From an uncultured Candidatus Saccharibacteria bacterium (GTDB lineage: Bacteria > Patescibacteriota > Minisyncoccia > Phycocordibacterales > SW-6-46-9), in contig CAYVKO010000003.1 in assembly GCA_964452185.1 (NCBI GenBank), forward strand, positions 1 through 51,821: a stretch of 51,821 nt of DNA. The letters run 5' to 3'. Below, one piece after another: positions 36,814 through 45,637 of this stretch; positions within the stretch are counted from its first letter, which is position 1, and every line of letters begins with the position of its first letter. Below the pieces are notes generated by a model. It was not told where the DNA came from. It searched no databases and saw nothing but the letters and a program-made list of their open reading frames with translations. The position numbers and the translations under genes were made by a program.

Positions 36814-37304
36814 GTGGTGGTTGAGAGTAGTTTTTTTTGAAGAAGCTCTAGCACCTTTCCGTGAGCTTTGGGCATCTCATAAGGAGACAAATCTTCTAGA
36901 GGTATTCGTATTGGAGGCTCCATTTTAGAGTCTTGAAACGGAAGTTTTTTGTCAACTTCGAAATCAGATATGGCATAGAAAAACTTACGGTGTGGGTCAC
37001 TGCATTCGTCATGCAAGGAGTAGTACAGTAAGTTTAAGACCTCGAAATTAACAATCCGCGCCTCCTCTTTGAGTTCACGAGAAAGTGTATCCTTGTGATC
37101 CTCGCCCACTTTAGCTGACCCCCCAGGAAACTCAAACTTCCCGGTGCTTTTTCTTCTGACAATCCAAACAACATACTTGTTGGGTCCGGTTTTTTCTACA
37201 GGGGCGGCTTTCACAGCCGTGTTTACGGGTTTAAGACGATTTCTGTAGAGCTTCCACAAAAATGAGTCAGGAAACAATCCTGCCTTAACGTTTTTGCAAA
37301 ACAC
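36798..37304 (-). CDS. Nudix hydrolase
   Basis: Canonical Nudix box GGSAKVGEDHKDTLSRELKEEARI. The only start available in the ORF is a GTG. Confidence 0.85.
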   Translation of the reverse strand: MFCKNVKAGLFPDSFLWKLYRNRLKPVNTAVKAAPVEKTGPNKYVVWIVRRKSTGKFEFPGGSAKVGEDHKDTLSRELKEEARIVNFEVLNLLYYSLHDECSDPHRKFFYAISDFEVDKKLPFQDSKMEPPIRIPLEDLSPYEMPKAHGKVLELLQKKLLSTTTSSAS

Positions 37305-37369
37305 TATCTTATAGTTTGTTGAAGGAACGTGTGAGTCTGCCTAGAAAATAGATTATATTGTAAAGTTTG

Positions 37370-37954
37370 TCAAATGTACGTTTGCCGGTGTATAGGGGTA
37401 GCACCTTTTTCTTCTATAGTTTTTCTGTGTTTGGCTGTTGGATACCCTTTGTGTTGCCCGAAAGAAAAGCCGGGATAATTAGTTTCCTGTTGGCGCATTT
37501 TTTTATCTCTTTCAACTTTTGCGATTATGGAAGCCAAGGATATAACTGGTTCGTGCTTGTCTCCTTTGATGATCGTTTTTTGACTTGAGTACTTTGCAGT
37601 TGCCTGCAATCCCCCGTCTAAATATACACAACAATTATCTGGCAGTGTACTGATACGGCGCAGTCCTCTGTTTATGGCTAGCTGGATTGCCTTGTTGATT
37701 CCTTGCTTGTCAATAGTTTCGGCTTTGGTGTAAGAAGCAGTAAACTCTATTGAACTATCTTGCTTGGTCTCTTTTTTAAGTTGAGAGTACAAATTTTCTC
37801 TCTTGTCGGATGACAAAAGTTTTGAGTCGGTAAGATGTGAGAACTTAGAGAAATCAAAGTCAGATCGGACACTGACGACCCCGACATACACTGGACCAGC
37901 CAACGGCCCGCGTCCTGCTTCATCTACTCCTATTATGTACTGCGGTTCATTCAT
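37370..37954 (-). CDS. rnhB: Ribonuclease HII
   Basis: IIGVDEAGRGPLAGPV, DSK.L, and the KGD...V.LASI.AKV.RD pattern. Confidence 0.93.
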   Translation of the reverse strand: MNEPQYIIGVDEAGRGPLAGPVYVGVVSVRSDFDFSKFSHLTDSKLLSSDKRENLYSQLKKETKQDSSIEFTASYTKAETIDKQGINKAIQLAINRGLRRISTLPDNCCVYLDGGLQATAKYSSQKTIIKGDKHEPVISLASIIAKVERDKKMRQQETNYPGFSFGQHKGYPTAKHRKTIEEKGATPIHRQTYI

Positions 37955-38004
37955 AACTTTGTGTTACTCCGGAAAAACCACCAAAAATTCATTGATTGTT
38001 CTTT

Positions 38005-38013
38005 TGCTATAAT
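38005..38013 (+). promoter_or_regulatory. Extended -10 element TGCTATAAT upstream of dnaE
   Basis: Plus strand reads TTTTGCTATAATGG. It is followed by a GGCAAC-ACGATTTA-GTTGCC hairpin, and the ATG at 38045 lies 31 nt downstream. Confidence 0.45.
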
Positions 38014-38044
38014 GGCAACACGATTTAGTTGCCACCAAGTGTTT

Positions 38045-41000
38045 ATGTCTACGTTTACTCATTTACATACTCATAGTCATTTTAGCCTGCTCCAGGCTTT
38101 GCCGAAAATTGATGAGCTGGTTGAAGAAGCGAAATCAGAAGGCATGGATGCTTTGGCGCTAACTGATACCAACAATCTGTATGGAGCTATCGAGTTTTAT
38201 AAAGCGTGTCAGGATGAAGGCATAAAACCTATTATAGGCGTTGAGGCTCACATAGCTCCCCGCACTCGTCACGACAAAGCTGCCGGAGTAGATAAAGCTC
38301 ATGATCGTGTTGTTTTACTGGCCAAAAGTGCTGAAGGATACCAAAACTTAATAAAACTTGTAACTGACGCCAACCTTGAAGGCTTTTACTATACGCCAAG
38401 AATTGACTATGAGCTAATGGAGCAGTATGCCGATGATTTGATTGCTGTATTTCCTCGGCGCAACTCAGAAATAACTTCAGCACTTGATGCTGATGATACC
38501 GATCGAGCCAAGGAGCTCACTGATAAGTACCAGGATATTTATGGTTCAGAAAACGTGTATCTGGAAATCACTCGCCATCCGGAGATTCCCGGTTTTGATG
38601 ACACCACGGATGCGATTATAGACCTTGCCGAAGAGACGGATACACCGATGGTAGCCGGCCATGACATCTTTTATCTGGATGAGAAGGATCATGATGCATG
38701 CATAACTTTACGAGGTGTGCAGTCGTCACGCACTAGCGATTATCTGCCTGAAGCCACTAACTTCTCCTTCTTGTCTGTTGATGAAATGGAAGAACGCTTC
38801 AAAGATGTACCGGAAGCATTGGAGAATACTAAAAAAATAGCTGAAGAATGCAATATCGAGCTGGAGTTGGGTAACTGGGTGTTTCCTGAGATCGAAACCA
38901 CTGGAGAAGCTGACTATGACGAAGAATTGAGACGGGTTGTATATGAAGGGATTGATGAACGTGGATTGGAAAAAACCGATGAGCTTATTGATCGTGTTGA
39001 GTATGAACTGCGGGTAATACGAAATAAAGGTTACTCATCTTACTTCCTTGTTGTGGCTGACTTGCTCGACTATGCTCATGAAAATGACATATTAACGACT
39101 ATTCGCGGTTCGGTGACTGGTTCCCTTGTTACGTATCTGGCTGGCATTACGAACTTGAACCCGCTGGATTACGGGCTTCGGTTTGAACGATTCCTTAACC
39201 CGCAGCGTCCTTCCGCTCCGGACATTGATATGGACTTTGCTGATGACCGTCGGGATGAGGTTATTGAATATGCTCGAGATAAGTATGGAGTTGAGGGTGA
39301 AGAGCGTGTGGCTCAGATTGGTACGTTCGGTACGATGGCGGCTCGCGGATCAATTCGTGATGTTACTCGGGCGCTCGGTTACAGTTATAATCTTGGAGAT
39401 AAGATAGCCAAGAAGATCCCGCTTGGTAGTCAAGGCTTCAAGATGACAATCGAACGAGCTATGGAGGAGTCAGACGAACTTGCTGACTTGTACGATGATG
39501 ATCCAAAGGTGCGGGAAGTGGTTGATATGGCTCAAAAGGTTGAAGGATGTGCTCGACACATCTCAGTTCATGCGGCTGGAGTAGTGATTGCTCCGGAGGA
39601 TATCACCGACTATGTACCACTGGAAGTAGACTCCAAAAAGGGTGAGGTTATCACACAGTTCGATATGCACTCGGTTGAGGATGCCGGACTTGTAAAATTC
39701 GACTTTTTGGGTCTCAAGAATCTCTCTATTATTGCTGACGCTATCGATCGGGTTGAGGAGCGTACAGGAGAAAAAATAGATATTGAACAGGTACCGCTTG
39801 ATGACGATGCTACATTTGAGATGCTTGGTCGAGGTGAAACCCATTCTACCTTCCAGCTTAACGGTGAGGGCATGACCGAGTATCTCAAGGAGCTCAAGCC
39901 GACTACCATTCATGACATCAACGCTATGGTGGCCTTGTACCGACCGGGCCCGATGAAGTTTATTCCTGAGTACATCAAACGTAAGCATAATCCGGAGCTT
40001 GTTGAGTATCCGCATGAAGACCTCAAAGATGTGCTGGAGCAGTCGTACGGACTCTTGATTTACCAGGAGGATGTCATGCTTACCGCCATTAACTTGGCTG
40101 GTTACTCATGGCTTGAAGCGGACAAATTCCGTAAGGCTATGGGTAAGAAGATTCCAGAGCTGATGGAAGAGCAGGAAAAGAAGTTTAAGAAAGGGTGTAT
40201 CGAAAATGATATCGACGAATCATTGGCTGATGAGCTTTGGGAGCGTATCAAGCCGTTTGCTGCTTATGCGTTTAACAAAGCTCACGCAGCCAGTTACGGC
40301 CGAGTTGCCTACCAGACCTCCTACATGAAAGCGAACTACCCGAAGGAGTACATGGCAGCTGTACTAACGGCTGATGCCGGTAACGTCGACAAAATCGCGG
40401 ACATCATAAATGAGTGTAACCGCATGGGTATTGAAGTGCTACCTCCTGACATTAACGAAAGCGACGGTACATTCACCGTGGTCAAGCCTGAAGGCAGTGA
40501 GGAGGAAAAAATCCGTTTCGGGCTTTTCAGTATTAAACATGTTGGTGAAAAAATTACTAAAATAATCGTTAAGGAGCGTAAGGAGAACGGTGAGTTTGAG
40601 TCGCTGGAAGGTTTTCTTACTCGTGTGAGTGATCGCAGTTTCAACCGCTCAACTTTGGAATCACTTGTTAAATCAGGAGCCTTGGACGGGTTGGCTAAAC
40701 GTCACCAAATGCTGGAAAATCTTGATGATCTGATTGAGTTTAGTAAAAACTCTCGGAAACAGGCAGAAAACCAACAGTCTCTTTTTGGTGGTGATATGGC
40801 CGACAAAAAACCGGAGTTACGGTTGGAGGGTGGCGAGCCTATCGACAGCGAAACCCGCCTGCAGTGGGAAAAAGACTTGCTTGGGCTATATGTATCAGGT
40901 CATCCGTTAGACAGAATTAAGGACGGACTAAAAAAACGAAAGAAAACAATAGATTTCATTAAAGAGAATGCTGATAGTTTACCGAAAGCCAAGGTGCCCG

Positions 41001-41224
41001 GGCTGATTGAAGAATTAAATGTTATCCGTACAAAAAATGGCAACCAAATGGCGTTTATTGAGGTTGCTGACCTGACGGACTCAATTGAGGTTGTTGCCTT
41101 CCCGAAAGCTTTTGACTCCTACAAGGACAAACTTGAACCGCAAACCTGTGTTCAGTTTGAAGGCAAGGTTAACACTCGAGACGGAGAGGTCAGTATTGTT
41201 ATGGAGAAAATGAAAAAGATATAA
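38045..41224 (+). CDS. dnaE: DNA polymerase III alpha subunit (DnaE)
   Basis: PHP domain FTHLHTHSHFSLL; polymerase core IRGSVTGSLV, PDIDMDF, HAAGVVI, QLNG.GM; C-terminal OB fold. I chose the start at MSTFTHLH, because the ORF-track 5' extension covers the promoter. Confidence 0.95.
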   Translation: MSTFTHLHTHSHFSLLQALPKIDELVEEAKSEGMDALALTDTNNLYGAIEFYKACQDEGIKPIIGVEAHIAPRTRHDKAAGVDKAHDRVVLLAKSAEGYQNLIKLVTDANLEGFYYTPRIDYELMEQYADDLIAVFPRRNSEITSALDADDTDRAKELTDKYQDIYGSENVYLEITRHPEIPGFDDTTDAIIDLAEETDTPMVAGHDIFYLDEKDHDACITLRGVQSSRTSDYLPEATNFSFLSVDEMEERFKDVPEALENTKKIAEECNIELELGNWVFPEIETTGEADYDEELRRVVYEGIDERGLEKTDELIDRVEYELRVIRNKGYSSYFLVVADLLDYAHENDILTTIRGSVTGSLVTYLAGITNLNPLDYGLRFERFLNPQRPSAPDIDMDFADDRRDEVIEYARDKYGVEGEERVAQIGTFGTMAARGSIRDVTRALGYSYNLGDKIAKKIPLGSQGFKMTIERAMEESDELADLYDDDPKVREVVDMAQKVEGCARHISVHAAGVVIAPEDITDYVPLEVDSKKGEVITQFDMHSVEDAGLVKFDFLGLKNLSIIADAIDRVEERTGEKIDIEQVPLDDDATFEMLGRGETHSTFQLNGEGMTEYLKELKPTTIHDINAMVALYRPGPMKFIPEYIKRKHNPELVEYPHEDLKDVLEQSYGLLIYQEDVMLTAINLAGYSWLEADKFRKAMGKKIPELMEEQEKKFKKGCIENDIDESLADELWERIKPFAAYAFNKAHAASYGRVAYQTSYMKANYPKEYMAAVLTADAGNVDKIADIINECNRMGIEVLPPDINESDGTFTVVKPEGSEEEKIRFGLFSIKHVGEKITKIIVKERKENGEFESLEGFLTRVSDRSFNRSTLESLVKSGALDGLAKRHQMLENLDDLIEFSKNSRKQAENQQSLFGGDMADKKPELRLEGGEPIDSETRLQWEKDLLGLYVSGHPLDRIKDGLKKRKKTIDFIKENADSLPKAKVPGLIEELNVIRTKNGNQMAFIEVADLTDSIEVVAFPKAFDSYKDKLEPQTCVQFEGKVNTRDGEVSIVMEKMKKI

Positions 41225-41273
41225 CTTTTTTAAGGTAAGTTTATATATTTTAGTGTCTAGATAACTAGTTGTG

Positions 41274-41302
41274 TTCAAGTGAGAGTAATTCTCTGCTATA
41301 AT
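41274..41302 (+). promoter_or_regulatory. Promoter for thrS: TTCAAG-17-TG-C-TATAAT, 10 nt from the ATG
   Basis: Plus strand reads GTTCAAGTGAGAGTAATTCTCTGCTATAATTTCAAGCACT|ATG. No SD is present. Confidence 0.5.
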
Positions 41303-41312
41303 TTCAAGCACT

Positions 41313-43109
41313 ATGTCACAAAATCTAGATAAGACACGCCACTCACTTGCCCACCTTTTAGCAAGAGCTGTACTTGAGCATTACCCTGAAGCTAAGCCAA
41401 CACTTGGCCCGCCGGTTGATAACGGTTTTTACTACGATATTGATTTCGATGATGCTGATTTTTCTGCTGAGGATCTGGACAAAGTTGAATCAACCATGAA
41501 AGAATTACTATCTTCTTGGGAGATGTTTGATCGCATTGATGTATCTGCTGATCAAGCGCGTGATATTTTTTCTGGTAATAAATACAAGCTTGAACTTATT
41601 GATGAAATCGAAGAAGCTGGTGAAGATGTCAGTCTTTATTATTCCGGCCCGGAAGATGAAATGCCGAACAAAGAAGAACTGCTTGATTCTGGTGATGTAA
41701 TCACTGAACGCGGATTCATTGACTTGTGTCGAGGTGGGCATGTTGAAACCCCCAAAGATGAGATTGATCCGGACAGTTTCTCTCTTGACTCCTTGGCTGG
41801 AGCATACTGGCGAGGTGACGAAAATAATCAGATGCTGACTCGTATTTATGGGTTGGCTTTTAGCACCTCTTCTGACTTGGATACATTTATAGAAAACCGA
41901 GAAGCAGCACGTGAACGTGATCATCGCAAGATGGGTAAAGAGCTGAATTTATTTACTTTTTCTGAAAGTGTTGGGCCGGGACTTCCGATGCTGTTACCAG
42001 CTGGTGAGAAAATCCGGGAGACACTAGAATCATATCTGACTAAACTTAAAAAAGATCGTGGGTATGAATTCGTGAAGATTCCTCACATAGCGAAACGGGA
42101 GCTGTATGAGACGAGTGGTCATATGGGTAAGTACGATGCCATGATGCCTACTTTTACCGACGAGAGCGACAATGAATATGTCTTGAAGGCAATGAACTGC
42201 CCGCATCATTTTGAAATCTACAACTCTTCTCCGAAAAGTTACCGGGATTTACCTTTGCGTATAGCTGAAAACACAACAGTTTACCGCAACGAGAAGTCCG
42301 GAGAACTTCACGGACTGACTCGAGTTAAAAATCTTACACAGGATGATACACACCATTTCATTCGACCGGATCAAATAGATGAAGAAATCCAGATGATCTT
42401 GGACTTGATGGATGAGGTTTATGAACGAGTCGGATTTGATAATTACGAAGTCCAGATATCAGTTCGAGACACGGACTCTGATCAAGAGTACTTCGGCGGA
42501 GACGAAATATGGGGGCAAGCTGAATCCATTCTTAAGAAAGCGGTTAAGAACCGTGACATTCCGTACTCGGTTGAGGAGGGTGAGGCAGCCTTTTATGGCC
42601 CCAAGATTGATGTAATGATCGAAGATGCGCTCGGTCGCGGCTGGCAGTTAACTACTGTTCAGTTGGACTTTGTACAACCGGACAATTTTGACATGACGTA
42701 TGACGGTGAGGATGGTGAAGAACACCAAGTCGTTGTTATTCATGCAGCTATACTTGGATCGTTTGAACGTTTTATGGGCGTACTTATTGAACACACTGGT
42801 GGCGACTTCCCTTTTTGGCTTGCTCCAACACAGCTTACCTTGCTACCTATTGCAGATGAGCACGTTTCGTTTGCTCAAGAAATACAACAGAAACTTAATC
42901 AGGCAGGATTTCGAATTGAAGTGGATCAGTCCGACGACTCCCTTGGTAAGCGCATTCGTAAGGTGCATGAGAAAAAAGTCCCATACTTTGCGGTTATCGG
43001 AGATGATGAAAAAGAAAGCGAAGTGATCGAAATGGAAGACCGAACAGGAGACGAAGATATCGAAGTTGCAGTTGGAGAAATCACCAACTCCCTTAAGGAG
43101 CTTCTCTAG
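41313..43109 (+). CDS. thrS: Threonine--tRNA ligase (no N-terminal TGS domain)
   Basis: Begins at the editing/SAD motif RHSLAHLLA. Class II core MNCPHH, YRNE.SG.L.GL.RV, QDD.H.F; C-terminal anticodon-binding domain. Confidence 0.95.
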   Translation: MSQNLDKTRHSLAHLLARAVLEHYPEAKPTLGPPVDNGFYYDIDFDDADFSAEDLDKVESTMKELLSSWEMFDRIDVSADQARDIFSGNKYKLELIDEIEEAGEDVSLYYSGPEDEMPNKEELLDSGDVITERGFIDLCRGGHVETPKDEIDPDSFSLDSLAGAYWRGDENNQMLTRIYGLAFSTSSDLDTFIENREAARERDHRKMGKELNLFTFSESVGPGLPMLLPAGEKIRETLESYLTKLKKDRGYEFVKIPHIAKRELYETSGHMGKYDAMMPTFTDESDNEYVLKAMNCPHHFEIYNSSPKSYRDLPLRIAENTTVYRNEKSGELHGLTRVKNLTQDDTHHFIRPDQIDEEIQMILDLMDEVYERVGFDNYEVQISVRDTDSDQEYFGGDEIWGQAESILKKAVKNRDIPYSVEEGEAAFYGPKIDVMIEDALGRGWQLTTVQLDFVQPDNFDMTYDGEDGEEHQVVVIHAAILGSFERFMGVLIEHTGGDFPFWLAPTQLTLLPIADEHVSFAQEIQQKLNQAGFRIEVDQSDDSLGKRIRKVHEKKVPYFAVIGDDEKESEVIEMEDRTGDEDIEVAVGEITNSLKELL

Positions 43110-43112
43110 AGC

Positions 43113-43448
43113 CTAGGCCAGTACGTGGATAAGTACTATCATAGCCATTAATCCTAGTAGTAATTGAGCAATTATTGTTGTCCAGCGATTAATTGGTTTC
43201 CATCGGCTGATGCTTCCCCGCTTATATGCTTGGTGTGCCATAACAGCCCCTATTATTGGTAGTGCCAACCATAAAATCGCCTGAATGTATGCTTGTAGGC
43301 CGAGCAGAAAAAGCAAAATTCTTCGAGCTACCGGAATCTCAAATGTCAATACAGATAAACTGGCCAGGAATGTAACCACTACTGGTGTAATGGCTAACAC
43401 GGATAGAATTGTGTATCGTCGATGACGGCGTTTGAGAATAAGGCTCAT
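43113..43448 (-). CDS. Hypothetical membrane protein (3-4 TM)
   Basis: 111 aa, strongly hydrophobic. Convergent with thrS, 3 nt from its stop. Confidence 0.5.
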   Translation of the reverse strand: MSLILKRRHRRYTILSVLAITPVVVTFLASLSVLTFEIPVARRILLFLLGLQAYIQAILWLALPIIGAVMAHQAYKRGSISRWKPINRWTTIIAQLLLGLMAMIVLIHVLA

Positions 43449-43513
43449 AATCTTTACTAAAGTATATCAAAGTGCAATAATTGCTATGCATTATCAGTTA
43501 ATAAATTTACAAT

Positions 43514-43777
43514 ATGGCAAATCGAAGCAACGCAAAAGGTGTCGCTTGGGTCGCTCTAGTTCTAGCTCTTGTAGCTCTAGTTCTTGCTTGGGTAGCCTTC
43601 AACCGTACTGGACAGAATCTTGAAGATACGATTGAGCAGGAAGTTCAAGAAGCTGTTGAGGAGGTTAACCAAACAGCGCAAGACGCAGTAGACGGAAACG
43701 CTACCGGAACAGAAAACATGGAAGAAACTGACGATACTACTCAAGATGCAGCTACTAGTGAAGAAGGAGCTAATTAA
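43514..43777 (+). CDS. Small membrane-anchored acidic protein
   Basis: 87 aa with TM helix GVAWVALVLALVALVLAWVAF and an acidic, Q/E/D/T-rich tail. Followed by a terminator. Confidence 0.55.
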   Translation: MANRSNAKGVAWVALVLALVALVLAWVAFNRTGQNLEDTIEQEVQEAVEEVNQTAQDAVDGNATGTENMEETDDTTQDAATSEEGAN

Positions 43778-43797
43778 AACCATCTGCAGATGTTTTT

Positions 43798-43827
43798 AAA
43801 GAGTCCGGGAGTCGGGCTCTTTTTTAT
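43798..43827 (+). terminator. Intrinsic terminator
   Basis: aaa-gagtccg-ggagt-cgggctc-tttttta (7-bp stem including one T.G pair, plus A/T extension). Confidence 0.7.
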
Positions 43828-43844
43828 AAAAGCAAAACTACTAT

Positions 43845-44540
43845 ATGATACTTCTGATTCAATTTCGCAGTGATCGGTCTGGACCACATGAAATAAAATG
43901 TGTGCACAACGTTGCAGACGTAGAGTTTCAAGATCTACAAATTATTAACGCATATGCAGATCACGTAAGTAGTGATGATATTGTTCGCCAAGCTCAAGAA
44001 GCTGATGCTGTACTGCTTGGCGGTTGTGGAGAGAACGCTGATGATAAAACCGCAGTATTTGAGCTTGAAGAAAAAATCCAGCCGGTAGTAGATAAAATTA
44101 TCAAAGAAGATATTCCTGCTCTCGGCCTTTGTTTTGGTCATCAGCTTATAGCTGGCTTGTCTGGTGGTGAAGTGGGTGCGCCTGAAAAACAGGCTGAAAC
44201 CGGCGTGGCTGAAATTTATCTTACAGAGGCGGGTAGAGAGGATGATTTATTCAATTCACTTTCCTCCCCTTTTCACAGTGTGGTTGGTCATAAGGTTTCG
44301 GTAATTAAAAAACCGGATAAAGCCGTTCATCTGGCCAAAAGTCAACTTTGTAAGTATCAAGCGCTTCGGTATGGTGACAATGTTTATACTTGCCAGTTTC
44401 ATCCTGAACTAGATACCAATGACCTTTTTGAACGGTTAGAGTTGTATCCGGAGTATATGGAAAATGAAATTGAGTACGATAAAGATATGGAGGTTGAGGC
44501 AAAGCAGGTTACCACGAATTTCTTTGAAAGGTACCTATAG
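43845..44540 (+). CDS. Class I glutamine amidotransferase-like protein
   Basis: Nucleophile elbow LGLCFGHQL and CQFHPE (His-Glu of the triad). Confidence 0.85.
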   Translation: MILLIQFRSDRSGPHEIKCVHNVADVEFQDLQIINAYADHVSSDDIVRQAQEADAVLLGGCGENADDKTAVFELEEKIQPVVDKIIKEDIPALGLCFGHQLIAGLSGGEVGAPEKQAETGVAEIYLTEAGREDDLFNSLSSPFHSVVGHKVSVIKKPDKAVHLAKSQLCKYQALRYGDNVYTCQFHPELDTNDLFERLELYPEYMENEIEYDKDMEVEAKQVTTNFFERYL

Positions 44541-44550
44541 TTTTCTCTGT

Positions 44551-44573
44551 TGTGGACTTGGCAGGATTCGGTC
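44551..44573 (-). repeat. Decayed partial copy of the 3' end of tRNA-Ala(GGC)
   Basis: tgtggacttggcAggattc + ggtc, compared with tgtggacttggcGggattc[gaacccgc]ggtc at 44722-44752. One mismatch and an 8-nt deletion; same orientation, 171 bp away. Confidence 0.7.
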
Positions 44574-44723
44574 ACAAATATTTTTGCTGACGCAAAAATT
44601 TCGCGACCCCCAGCTCGTGGTTTTTGCCTTTCGCTTTGCTCAAACAAAAACATCACTGCGCTTTTCTCATCCGCCGCGAGCCAAGCAGTTGGCTCGCTCA
44701 AGCACAACCTACTTTATTTGATG

Positions 44724-44797
44724 TGGACTTGGCGGGATTCGAACCCGCGGTCTCATCGCTGCCAGCGATGCGCTTTAACCAACTAAGCTACAAGCCC
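44724..44797 (-). tRNA. tRNA-Ala (anticodon GGC)
   Basis: Hand-folded cloverleaf: acceptor GGGCTTG/CAAGTCC with G3:U70, anticodon arm CATCG-CTGGCAG-CGATG, T arm GCGGG-TTCGAAT-CCCGC, discriminator A. CCA is not encoded. Confidence 0.92.
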
Positions 44798-44884
44798 GTA
44801 AGGCTCAACGCTTTCTTTTCTACTTCTTACTCACTAAAAAATAACCAACTGAATTTACCGAAATGTGAGAATTATATAATTCTT

Positions 44885-45145
44885 TTACTCCTCTCCACTT
44901 TCATCGTCAGTGATTTCTTCTTCTATGGTGTACGCGGGAAGCTTTCCGTCTGCCATTAGATACGTCACCACACCAGTACCGATAACTACGGCGCTAAACA
45001 GAAGATATTCGGGTAGCCCCATGTTTTCTGTTGGGTTTGCTGCAAAGAAGGTGTCAAAGGTCATCCACCCCCAGATACCAAGGACTAACGGAACAACAAG
45101 CCATTTTTGCCATTCCGGTAAATAAACTGTACGTTTCTTTTTCAT
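44885..45145 (-). CDS. Small hypothetical membrane protein (2 TM)
   Basis: 86 aa. Helices WLVVPLVLGIWGWMTF and LLFSAVVIGTGVVTYLM, with an acidic C-terminus. Confidence 0.5.
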   Translation of the reverse strand: MKKKRTVYLPEWQKWLVVPLVLGIWGWMTFDTFFAANPTENMGLPEYLLFSAVVIGTGVVTYLMADGKLPAYTIEEEITDDESGEE

Positions 45146-45151
45146 AAATTT

Positions 45152-45160
45152 ATTATATCA
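45152..45160 (-). promoter_or_regulatory. Extended -10 element TGATATAAT, 6 nt upstream of the ATG (leaderless configuration)
   Basis: Minus strand reads TTTGATATAATAAATTT|ATG. Confidence 0.45.
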
Positions 45161-45212
45161 AAATCTAGATTAGCAAGAGAAAGCAACCACACCACACTGC
45201 CTCTTTCTGGTT

Positions 45213-45279
45213 TCGGGCCAGCCGGATTCGAACCGGCAACCTTACAGCCTTTCAACCGCAAGACTTCCAAGTTAGCCCA
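45213..45279 (-). ncRNA. Aberrant 67-nt tRNA-like element (perfect T arm and acceptor-like stem, no D arm)
   Basis: T arm GCCGG-TTCGAAT-CCGGC. Acceptor TGGGCTA/TGGCCCG (2 G.U pairs). Between them a 10-bp helix (4 G.U pairs) with 8-nt loop TTGAAAGG replaces the D and anticodon arms. No canonical 5-7-5 anticodon arm could be found. Confidence 0.35.
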
Positions 45280-45330
45280 AGGCCAAGAGTTAGTCAGAAT
45301 ACTGAAGTAGTCTTAGCCAGGTATTACTTG

Positions 45331-45528
45331 CTATTCCTGTTCCTTTTGGATCTCCTTTGCATCATCTTCTGAGAGGAACTTGAACATGTTACCTCCACAG
45401 TTAGGGCATTCACCGCGTGCTGAATACCGTCCGTCATCTTCTTCGATAGTAATATTTTGCATCATCTGCTTACCTTCAGCGTCATCATCATGTTTACATT
45501 TCATGCAAAGTGCTTCTACTTCTGCCAT
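45331..45528 (-). CDS. Small zinc-ribbon protein
   Basis: 65 aa with CMKC ... CPNCGG spaced ~30 aa apart and an acidic C-terminus. It resembles, from memory only, the small DUF5679-type zinc ribbons. Confidence 0.55.
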   Translation of the reverse strand: MAEVEALCMKCKHDDDAEGKQMMQNITIEEDDGRYSARGECPNCGGNMFKFLSEDDAKEIQKEQE

Positions 45529-45637
45529 ATAAAATCAAAGCTACAGCTGTTTGCTGTCAGCTTTTAATTAACTGCTAGTCTCTAAACACTACCCCTATAA
45601 TGCCACAAACTAGTGTAGAAAGTAAAGAGTCTATATT

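Noticed and set aside
37961-38044. 5' extension of the dnaE ORF (MLLRKNHQKF...)
   Set aside because: The extension covers a TGCTATAAT extended -10 element and a 5' hairpin. The conserved PHP-domain N-terminus begins at MSTFTHLHTHSH (ATG 38045).
44399-44959. Four overlapping ORFs (44399..44707 minus; 44464..44721, 44550..44786 and 44624..44959 plus)
   Set aside because: They run through the tRNA-Ala(GGC) gene, its decayed repeat and hairpin-rich intergenic DNA. They overlap one another and show no protein-like features.
45146-45330. tmRNA or SRP RNA in the 185-bp gap containing the T-arm-like hairpin
   Set aside because: A tmRNA would need about 350 nt and would overlap the zinc-ribbon ORF. 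No tag reading frame ending in ...AA-stop is present, and neither is a GGGG 5' end. The SRP domain IV motif (GNRA tetraloop with flanking symmetric loop) is absent, because the loop here is a 7-nt T-loop.
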